Positions 26,433 through 35,102 of a stretch of DNA of 56,803 nucleotides are shown piece by piece. A program made the translations under genes and the position numbers. Origin of the DNA: Desulfobacterales bacterium (GTDB lineage Bacteria > Desulfobacterota > Desulfobacteria > Desulfobacterales > SG8-13). Each line of letters opens with the position of its first letter. Position 1 is the stretch's first letter. A model generated the notes under the pieces. The model did no database searches. It had not been told where the DNA came from and was given only the letters and a program-made list of their open reading frames with translations. Where the stretch lies: assembly GCA_037383965.1 (NCBI GenBank), contig JARROL010000007.1, positions 1 through 56,803 of the forward strand, in the 5' to 3' direction.

Positions 26433-29400
26433 TTATCCCATCCTCTCGACCTCCATCATCCGCTCCCGCAGCCGTTTCTCCGATACCGGAACGGCAGTGC
26501 GGAGTTCCTGGGCGAAGAGCGACACTTTGTACTCTTCGATCAACCAGAAGAAATCTTCAATCGCCTTTCGCTTCTCAGGGCTCGAAGTCGTCGATAGGCT
26601 TTGAATCAGATGATCCAATCCGGCAGTGAAGGGCGCCAGATCGGCGGCTTTCACCTGGTCCTTTTCCAGGTTGTCAGCAGCGCGCCTGGCGCGAATCTCG
26701 ACCGCCTGCACATAGCGCGGAAGGTGTTCGAGACGCTGCAGATCGTAGAGTTTAATAAAGTTTTCAGGCACCAGGCGCATCAATTCCGTTTTCAGGCGAC
26801 CGTAAAAGGCAGCCAGAGCCGGGTTGGTCCGGTTAGTGGTTTCCAGCTGATGAATGCGGGTCCGGGCTTTGTGATAGGCATCGATAACGGGCAGGAAACG
26901 ACCGACAATATCCCGGCCGTAGGGTATTATTTTGGCTCCGAGCGCTTTGGCCTGATCGACGAAGGCCGCGCCGGTGCGGATGTTGCGTTCGAACAATCGT
27001 GAGACAACGGTATCGTAAAGGCGTTTTTCGACACGCCGGATCCCGCCGAAATAGCGTGCCGCCTGCGAACGGTCGGGCGAGAGTGCCAGGGTTTTCTTCA
27101 GAAATTTCATGTCCTTCGAAAAATGGAGTCTGTAAAGGGCCGCGACCCCCTTGACATGTGACGCCTCCGCCGCATCCCGCCTTTGAAAGAGTCGCAGGTT
27201 GATGCTGTGCCCCGAATCGCTCTCTTCCACCGCCAGACCGGGAAAAACAACCCAGTCACCGCCGCCCTGCACCGCCAGTTCGAGGCTTTCCGGCAGATCG
27301 CCGAAATCCCAGCTCGTTATGCGGGTTTTCTCCCACCGGCGCCGGGCCGCTTCCCAATCAGCGGCCGGAAGATCGCTTGAAACGCCCTGCCGCAGGATAT
27401 CCGTATCGCGTGAACTGCGGATGATCTCGCCGCGGGGCCCGGTGATGGCGATCCGCATGATCAGATATTCCGGCAGCCCGTCGGTTGACCAGGCCGTACC
27501 GGGTATATCGACCCCAAAATGCCGGTATATCAATTTCCCCAGGGAACTGATCAACGCCTCGTTCCCCGCGCCTATTTCATCGGCGATGATTTCTGCCGAG
27601 CGGGCGATGGGAACGAGCTGCTTGCGATACTGCTTGGGCAGTCCTTTTAGAAGCGTTTCGATTTTCTCCTGCAGCAAACCGGGAACCAGCCGATCGGTTT
27701 GGCCGGGCGGGATCGCCGCGGCGGCAGTAGCCGGAATGGTGACGGTCAAACCGTCGTCCGGCTGACCCGGATCGAAGCGGTAACTGCAGCGATATCGCCC
27801 CCCTCCCAGCTCTACGCGGTCCGGATACCGGTCGAGGAGATCATTTTCAACCGGGCCGTTCATCACGTCCTCCGGCGCCATCCTCAGAAAACCGTCGCCG
27901 CCCTTTTCACGGATCAGACGGTTCAGCGTACGCAGATCGTAAATCCTCTGCAGGCGGCTCCTGTAAAACCGCACCATCTCCTCATCATCCACCAGAATGT
28001 CCCGCCGCCGGATGCGGTCTTCAATGTCTTTGATGCGCTGGATCAATTTTCGATTGCTGAGCAGAAATGCAGGCGGACGAAGCACATCGCCGTCTACCAG
28101 GGCACCGCGGATGAAAACCTCGGCGGCGGTTTCAGGGTCGATGGGTCCGAAAGATACCGTACGGCCGGTCACAATCACCAATCCGAAGAGACTGACCTGC
28201 TGACTGGCGACGACCTCCCCCCGGCGGGCATCCCAGCGCGGATTCACATACGTGGATCGACACAGAGATCCGCCCAGTTCTTCCAGCCATGCGGAATCGA
28301 CGGTGGCGGCCATGCGGGCAAAAAGGCGGCTCGTCTCGACCATCTCGGCCGCAACGATCCAATCACCGGCCCGGTTGAACAGGGCTGAGCCGGGAAAGAT
28401 CATCACTTCGCGTCCCTTGGCGGCTTGAAAGACATTTTTTTCCTTCCTGATGGCAATATTGGATAAAAAGCCGCTCAGCACGGCCTTGTGGATGGCCGCA
28501 TAGCGGCCGTCGGTGTCCACTTCAGCTGCACCGGCCCGTGCAAGGCCGTTTTCGGCCAGAATGTCGTTGAGTTGCACATGGATATCGCGCCACTCGCGCA
28601 TGCGGCGATAAGAAAGAAAGTGTGCCCGACAGAACTTTTTCATTTGGCCGGTCGTTTTTTGCGCGCGCCAGGTTTCCTGATACCGGTTCCAGATGTTGAC
28701 CAGGGTTAAAAAGTCCGAGGCCGGGTCGACAAAAACGGCCTGAGCCCTGTCGGCCTCTTCGGCGCGATCGACCGGACGTTCACGGGGATCCTGAATACTT
28801 AAAGCGGCCGCGATGACGGTCACATCTGCCAGGCAGCCCTGCTTCCCGGCCTCGATCAACATGCGTGACAGGCGCGGATCGACCGGCAGGCGTGCCATCA
28901 GGGCGCCCCGCTTCGTCAGGAACAAGCCCGGGCGCAAGTTGGACCCATCCGCCTTTCTGCGACCCTTGCGGCGCTTTTTGCCGCGACCGCCGCCTCCGGC
29001 CTTTTGCGCCTCTTCCTCTTCTCCGGCGGGGTTTTCGGTAACGGCACCGAGTTCCTTGAGGGCTTCCGTACCGTCGCGGATGCTTTTGGCCGCCGGCCGG
29101 TCGATAAACGGGAAAACGGCCATGTCGCCCAGCTTCAAAGCCGTCATTCGCAGAATGACGTCGGCCAGGTTGGACCGCAGGATCTCGGGCGGCGTGAAGA
29201 GCGGCCGCGAGAGATAGTCTTCCTCGCTGTAAAGCCGGATGCAGACACCGTTTTCCACTCGCCCGCAGCGTCCCTTGCGCTGGTCGGCACTACTGCGCGA
29301 GACCGGTTCGACCGGCAGGGCGGTGGTGCGTGTGCGCGGATTGTATTGGGATACACGAGCCAGCCCGCTATCCACCACGTACCGGATACCCGGAATCGTC

Positions 29401-30488
29401 AGAGACGTTTCGGCAACATTCGTGGCAACGATGATCTTTCGACCCTTGGTCCGAGTGAAGACCCGTGCCTGTTCATCTGCCGTTAAACGGGCAAACAGCG
29501 GCATCACCCGTTCTCCGCGAACGCCGTCCCCCTCGAGAATCTCACAGGTTTCACGAATGTCCTGCTCCGTCGGCATGAAAACCAATATGTCGCCGTAAGG
29601 CCCGCGGCGCTTCAGCCGGCGGATCGCGGCGACCGCCGTCTCGACGTGCGTCATGTCACCGTTCGGATCGTCAGAAGTTGCAGCAAATAAGGGGTCGTCA
29701 GGATAGTAGCCCACATCCACCGGGTAGAGGCGCCCGGACACCTCGATCACCGGTGCATCGTCGAATGCCCGCGAAAACTTCTCGGTATCGATAGTGGCCG
29801 ACGTGATAATCAACTTGAGATCGCGCCGTTTCTTCAGAAGCGTCTTCAGCAGGCCCAGTACGAAGTCGATGTTCAGGCTGCGTTCGTGGGCTTCGTCTAC
29901 GATGATGGTGTCGTATTCACCGAGATAGCGGTCTTGCTGAACTTCGGCCAGCAGGATGCCGTCGGTCATGATTTTGATGAAGGCGTCCGGCCCGGTGCGG
30001 TCCTGGAAACGGATCTTGTAACCTACTGAACAACCGACCGGTTCGCCCATTTCTTCGGAAATCCGGCGCGCCACAGATGTCGCTGCGATCCGTCGGGGCT
30101 GGGTGCAACCAATTTTGCCGTCGATCCCCCGGCCGGCCGCCAGACAATACTTCGGAAGCTGGGTCGTTTTACCGGAGCCGGTTTCACCGGAGACGATCAC
30201 CACCGCATGCAACGCGATGGCGGCGATGATGTCGTCTTTTCGGTCGGTGATCGGTAGGGCGGGAACATCGGTGACACAGGGCCGGTTCGCCGCACGTTTC
30301 CGCCTCCGCGCGGCCGAGGCCACAAGCCGCCGCTCGATTGCCGCCAGCTGCTGCCGGTAACTTTTCTGCGTCATCCGCCCGGCATGACGGCGCTTTAGCC
30401 GCGCGAGTCTGTGGAGTACGGCATATCGGTCGACACTCATGGCATCGGCCAGAAGCGACTCGATTCTATGGATATCGTTTTCCGGCAT
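26433..30488 (-). CDS. hrpA: ATP-dependent RNA helicase HrpA (DEAH box)
   Basis: 1351 aa with GETGSGKTTQLPK, DEAHERSL, and the HA2/OB and long C-terminal HrpA-type region. Confidence 0.93.
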   Translation of the reverse strand: MPENDIHRIESLLADAMSVDRYAVLHRLARLKRRHAGRMTQKSYRQQLAAIERRLVASAARRRKRAANRPCVTDVPALPITDRKDDIIAAIALHAVVIVSGETGSGKTTQLPKYCLAAGRGIDGKIGCTQPRRIAATSVARRISEEMGEPVGCSVGYKIRFQDRTGPDAFIKIMTDGILLAEVQQDRYLGEYDTIIVDEAHERSLNIDFVLGLLKTLLKKRRDLKLIITSATIDTEKFSRAFDDAPVIEVSGRLYPVDVGYYPDDPLFAATSDDPNGDMTHVETAVAAIRRLKRRGPYGDILVFMPTEQDIRETCEILEGDGVRGERVMPLFARLTADEQARVFTRTKGRKIIVATNVAETSLTIPGIRYVVDSGLARVSQYNPRTRTTALPVEPVSRSSADQRKGRCGRVENGVCIRLYSEEDYLSRPLFTPPEILRSNLADVILRMTALKLGDMAVFPFIDRPAAKSIRDGTEALKELGAVTENPAGEEEEAQKAGGGGRGKKRRKGRRKADGSNLRPGLFLTKRGALMARLPVDPRLSRMLIEAGKQGCLADVTVIAAALSIQDPRERPVDRAEEADRAQAVFVDPASDFLTLVNIWNRYQETWRAQKTTGQMKKFCRAHFLSYRRMREWRDIHVQLNDILAENGLARAGAAEVDTDGRYAAIHKAVLSGFLSNIAIRKEKNVFQAAKGREVMIFPGSALFNRAGDWIVAAEMVETSRLFARMAATVDSAWLEELGGSLCRSTYVNPRWDARRGEVVASQQVSLFGLVIVTGRTVSFGPIDPETAAEVFIRGALVDGDVLRPPAFLLSNRKLIQRIKDIEDRIRRRDILVDDEEMVRFYRSRLQRIYDLRTLNRLIREKGGDGFLRMAPEDVMNGPVENDLLDRYPDRVELGGGRYRCSYRFDPGQPDDGLTVTIPATAAAAIPPGQTDRLVPGLLQEKIETLLKGLPKQYRKQLVPIARSAEIIADEIGAGNEALISSLGKLIYRHFGVDIPGTAWSTDGLPEYLIMRIAITGPRGEIIRSSRDTDILRQGVSSDLPAADWEAARRRWEKTRITSWDFGDLPESLELAVQGGGDWVVFPGLAVEESDSGHSINLRLFQRRDAAEASHVKGVAALYRLHFSKDMKFLKKTLALSPDRSQAARYFGGIRRVEKRLYDTVVSRLFERNIRTGAAFVDQAKALGAKIIPYGRDIVGRFLPVIDAYHKARTRIHQLETTNRTNPALAAFYGRLKTELMRLVPENFIKLYDLQRLEHLPRYVQAVEIRARRAADNLEKDQVKAADLAPFTAGLDHLIQSLSTTSSPEKRKAIEDFFWLIEEYKVSLFAQELRTAVPVSEKRLRERMMEVERMG

Positions 30489-30679
30489 TGACCAACTATG
30501 GATTGGTGTTTTAAAAGAAAAACGTTATATCTTATCAAACGGATGGTCACAAGAAAAGTACCGAACCGCCGCTTGTCAGATGGTCGATACAACGTGATGA
30601 GTTCCCAAAACATGTTCGGATTTTGAGGAAATGTTACGGTCTAACGCTCTAACTCCACCACCCCAAAACGGAGGCTACC

Positions 30680-32020
30680 ATGAATTTTGTCGTCATCGGT
30701 GCAGATGCCGCCGGCATGAGTGCTGCCAGTCGGGCAAAACGCACCATTTCCGACCTCGAAGTGACGGTTTTTGAAAAAACCCGCGATGTTTCATACAGCG
30801 CCTGAGGGATCCCTTACAATATAGCCGATCCCCGGCGGGGTATCGAAGAATTGGTTGTCAGAAGGGCCGAGGTCTTCCGCGATAAGCAGGGCATCAATCT
30901 GTTCACCGGCCACCCGGTTGCCCACATCGACCGGTCCGCAAAAGTCGTTGGCGGAATAACCCTGGAGGGCAAACCGTTTGAGACACCATACGACAAGCTA
31001 TTAGTCGCCACCGGCGCCAACCCGACCCTGCCCGAATTTCCGGGCGTCGACCTGCCGGGTGTCATGACGCTGAAGACGCTTGAAGACGGCCGGCAAATCA
31101 AGGCGATGATTGCCGCCGAAAAGGTCAAAAAAGTGGTGATTCTCGGGATGGGCTACATCGCCTTGGAAATGTGCGAAGCCCTGCGTGCGCTCGACCTCGA
31201 GGTGGCCATGGTCAAACCCGGCCCCCGATTTCTCCCTTGGCTTCAGGAAGAACTGGCCGACAGGGTCAAGGAAGAAGTCACCACCCAAGGTGTGGCGGTG
31301 CACGCCGGTCACCGGATCAAGCGTATCGAAACGGTCGGTGACGGCTTGCGGGTCGTCTGCGAGGGACTGACCCTCGAAAGTGAAATGGTGCTGGTGGGCA
31401 TTGGGGTCACCCCCAACAGTGACCTGGCCGACGCCGCCGGCATCGCGCTGGGCGTGAAAGGTTCGGTCGCCGTGGACCGCAGACTGCAAACATCGGATCC
31501 CGATATCTACGCAGCCGGCGATTGCGCCGATGCCTACCACGTGGTGACGGGGCATAAAACTTGGATTCCGCTGGCCTTGCGTGCCAACCGGGCTGGTTGG
31601 GCCGCCGCCGACAACGTCTGCGGGCAGGCTGTAGAGCTGCCGGGTGTGGCCGGGACCGCCGTTTTCCGAGTGTTCGAGATGGAAGTGGCCCGGACGGGTC
31701 TCACGCCACAGGAAGCTGAAAAAGCGGGCTTTGAGCCGGCGGAAAAAATGATCAAGACAAGATCCCGCGCTCATGCCCATCCGGGAGGCAGCCCGATTTA
31801 CGTGAGTCTGGTCGGCGACAAAAAAACCGGCCGCTTGCTGGGCGCCCAAATGGTCGGCCGGGAAGGCGTCGCTCACCGGATAAACGCCCCGGCCGTCGCC
31901 CTGCACGCGCGGATGACCGTGGAAGATTTCAGCCAGACCGACTTGTCCTACGCGCCGCCATTCGGCCCGACGTGGGACCCGTGTCTGACCGCCGCCAACC
32001 AACTGTTAAAGGTGTTGTAG
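30680..32020 (+). CDS. CoA-disulfide reductase / NADH oxidase-family flavoprotein, probable selenoprotein (UGA codon 42 at 30803-30805)
   Basis: GGAGG RBS before ATG 30680. MNFVVIGADAAGMSAA...VSYSA[TGA]GIPYNI is in the same frame as ORF 30851-32020. The TGA occupies the position of the redox-active Cys (SF.NCGLPY) of Nox/Npx/CoADR enzymes. The second FAD/NAD motifs are intact. Confidence 0.72.
30827..30844 (+). promoter_or_regulatory. Candidate bacterial SECIS hairpin for the Nox/CoADR-like selenoprotein
   Basis: GAUCCCC-GGC-GGGG(U)AUC: a 7-bp stem with one bulged U and a G-rich apical loop that begins 28 nt after the UGA. Confidence 0.4.
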
Positions 32021-32130
32021 CACGTTTTTAAAGAACCGTTTTACAAAATGTATTTGATGGATATGTTGAAAAGAAAAGATCGCACTGCACGACCGACGGC
32101 AAAAGGCGTAATGGGTTGCCACAATAACAT

Positions 32131-32277
32131 AATCAGACCCGCAAGTAGAAACTTGCCACTTGAAAATCGGAGCCCGGAACCAGTGGTGGTTAAGGGCAAT
32201 GAACGTTTAGTCGATAAAATCGATGATATCCTTTAACTGACAAAACTGACCTAACCGACGCAACTGACTTAACCAAT
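32131..32277 (+). repeat. Composite intergenic element, copy A (GAAAC-repeat module, conserved core, 9-nt AACTGAC array)
   Basis: aatcagacccgcaagtagaaactt...ccagtggtggttaagggcaatgaacg...tcgataaaatcgatgatatcctttaactgacaaaactgacctaaccgac.. aligns with 40276-40478 and with the reverse complement of 55793-55934. Confidence 0.8.
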
Positions 32278-32367
32278 TTTTATTCACCGACTTCTATATT
32301 GAATCGTAAGCTCTCTTAAGCGAGGGTGTAGAAACGGCCGGGATAAGAACCGGACAGAGAGGATAAG

Positions 32368-33181
32368 ATGAAACTGGCGATGATCGGCCTTGGTCGTATG
32401 GGCATTAATATGGTGCGACGTCTGCTGGCGGGCGGCCACCAAGTAGTTTTCGCCGCGGATCTTGTGGCTGATGTTGCCGGCGGGCCGGGTCGTTGATGAA
32501 CACATTGACCGGCTGGCGCCTCTGCTGGCCGAAAACGACATTTTGATCGACGGCGGCAATTCCTTCTACAAAGACGACATCCGCCGGGCGGAACAACTGG
32601 AGCCGCAGGGCATCCGCTATATGGATGCCGGGGTCAGCGGCGGCATCTGGGGGCTCAAGATCGGCTACTGCACCATGATCGGTGGGGACCGGGAAACGTA
32701 TGTCACCATCGAGCCGATCCTTGAAACTCTGGCTCCCGAAAACGGGTACCTATACTGTGGAAAAGCCGGTGCCGGCCACTTCGTCAAAATGGTCCACAAC
32801 GGCATCGAATATGGGATGATGCAGGCATACGGGGAGGGATTCGACATTCTGGCGGCATCGGAATTTGCCGACGGTTTCGACTACGCCGACATCTCCCATC
32901 TTTGGAACCAGGGCAGCGTCATCCGTTCATGGCTGCTGGAATTGGCTGAAGCGGCTTTCCGTAAAAATGACAAACTCTCCGACATCAGTGGCCATGTCGA
33001 CGATTCCGGTGAAGGCCGCTGGACCGTCATTCAAGCCGTTGAAACCGGCGTGCCGGCCGAGGTCATCACCCTTTCCCTGATGCGCCGTTTCAGGTCCCGG
33101 CAAAAGGACCCCTTCGCCGAAAGGGTGCTCGCCGCCCTGCGCCGGGAGTTCGGAGGCCACGCCGTTGTATCATCAAAGTGA
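32368..33181 (+). pseudogene. gnd: 6-phosphogluconate dehydrogenase (short Gnd-like form) with internal deletion and frame change
   Basis: [27 protein letters not shown] (NAD-binding fold) runs into a stop at 32494-32496. The next frame reads [19 protein letters not shown]...GGNSFYKDDIRRA... to 33181. About 35-40 residues expected between the two are absent. Confidence 0.7.
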
Positions 33182-33303
33182 TGACCCAAATTCGAAATTC
33201 CAAACTACAGGGTTTTTAATCTTATTTGAGAATTGGATATTATTGTTTGCAGAGGGGGCTGCCGGTCGCTCAACCACCTGAACGGCCATAGGAGGATCAC
33301 CAT

Positions 33304-34850
33304 ATGACCGAAAACGCGACCATCCGCGAGGACGCCATGCAGCCCGTCGTCCGGGTCCGGACGTCGGATATGGACCTGCCTGCAGATGAGTGTCGAATCC
33401 CCGCGCGCAGCGAACCTTGCACTATCGTCATCGCCGGGGCCACAGGGGACCTGACAGCGCGCAAATTGATGCCGGCCCTTTTCAACCTCTATTGCAACGA
33501 AGGGCTGCCGGAATCTTTTGCCATTGTCGGATGCGGGCGCACCGAACTCAGTGATCATCGGTTTCTAAATAAAATGTACGTAGCGCTGACCAATGAAAAT
33601 GACGGCCAGTCCCGGCGCCAGCATTTTATCAAATCGCTGTATTACCTGCCGATCACCTACGATGACCCGGAGTCTTACAATCGACTGGCCGAACTGTCGA
33701 CGGCCGACACCACACCGGCGGCAACCGGATTTTTTATCTGGCCTTGCCTCCTACGCTCTACAAAACCGTGGCAAATATGCTGGGCAAGGCCGGATTGGGC
33801 AGGGAAAAGACCGAAGGTAACGGGTGGGCGCGACTGGTCGTCGAAAAGCCATTCGGACATGATCTGGAATCGGCAATCGCGCTGGACCGCGGCATTCACC
33901 GTCACTTCAAGGAACACCAGGTGTTCAGAATCGATCATTACCTGGCTAAGGAAACGGTACAGAACGTTCTGATGTTTCGGTTCGCCAACACCATATTCGA
34001 ACCGGTGTGGAATCGGCGCTATATCAAATCGGTGGAAGTGACGGCCACCGAAACCCTCGGGGTAGAGCACCGCGCCGGGTATTATGAAAAAGCCGGTGTG
34101 TTGCGGGACATGTTTCAGAACCACATGATGCAGCTTCTGGCCCTGACGACCATGGAACCGCCAAGCCGGTTCGAAGCCGATCGGGTCCGCGACGAACGCG
34201 TCAAACTTTTCCGCTCGCTGCGACCGTTTCCGGTCGATCGACTCCAGGATTTTCTCGTGCTCGGTCAATACGGGCGCGGAACCGTTGACGGGAAGCCGGT
34301 TCCCGGTTATCGGGAAGAGACGGATGTCGCTCCCGAGTCCTTGACGCCGACCTACGCCCGCTTGAAGGTGTTCGTGGATAACTGGCGCTGGCAAGGCATC
34401 CCCTTCATCCTGACCTCCGGTAAACGCCTGGCCCGAAAGATTACGCAGATTGCCATTCAATTTCGGGAAGTGCCGCACTCGATGTTCAGACAAGTATTGG
34501 GTGAAACGATCAATCCCAACCGCCTGACACTGGGGATCTACCCCGCGGAGGAGATCTCTCTGACATTCCAGACCAAAACACCGGGACCACGGGTTTGTTT
34601 GCGTAACGTCACTATGGATTTCTTTTATCACCAGAAGGAGACCGGCCTTAAGCTGGAAGCCTATGAAAAGGTCTTGCTGGACTGTATGCTGGGTGACCAT
34701 ATGCTTTTCTGGCGTCAGGATGCCGTGGAGCAGTGCTGGTCTTTTCTGACCCCCATTCTGGCCGAGTGTGAAACCTGCGGCGACCGGGCCCAAACGCTTC
34801 AGACCTATCCGGCCGGAAGCTGGGGTCCGGAGGCGACCCACAAGCTATGA
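33304..34850 (+). pseudogene. zwf: Glucose-6-phosphate dehydrogenase with single-site frameshift near 33694-33712
   Basis: AGGAGG RBS. The N part reads IVIAGATGDLTARKLMPALFNLY... to about residue 132. The other frame continues ...GGNRIFYLALPPTLY...EKPFGHDL...RIDHYLAKETVQN... to 34850. Confidence 0.8.
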
Positions 34851-34861
34851 GGGACGGAGAG

Positions 34862-35022
34862 TTAGGGTCACGGTAAGAAATAAGTCCACAAGATTTCGCC
34901 GGATTTGGGTTCCTCTACCAGGCACATCCAGCGGCGCATATCGAGATACGTGTCGGTGGATGTAACGCAGTAGACAGGCCAAAAGACTAGCAGGACGTGG
35001 AATAATTTTTCTGGGACCCTAA
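34862..35022 (+). mobile_element. MITE-like element, full-length copy 1 (about 26-bp terminal inverted repeats plus internal hairpin)
   Basis: TTAGGGTCACGGTAAGAAATAAGTCCAC...GTGGAATAATTTTTCTGGGACCCTAA. About 80 percent identical, by eye, to the reverse complement of 42370-42532. Confidence 0.7.
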
Positions 35023-35102
35023 AACCGGCCGGTGTATCAAATTAAAAACCCGACCCGCGTTGGAGCGCGAAGCGGCCGTTGACACTATATAGGAGAGGTA
35101 TA

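Noticed and set aside
32048-32236. 62-aa ORF ending ..ERLVDKIDDIL between the nox-like gene and gnd.
   Set aside because: It lies on composite repeat copy A. The equivalent nucleotides in copies B and C are conserved at DNA level, but the reading frame is broken (stop or indel), so the conservation is not protein-coding.
34768-34965. Two small ORFs (34768-34965 + and 42339-42539 -) whose products share ..RVTVRN...YRDTC.WM.
   Set aside because: The similarity arises because both run through copies of the MITE-like element. The ORF boundaries differ and extend into unrelated flanks.
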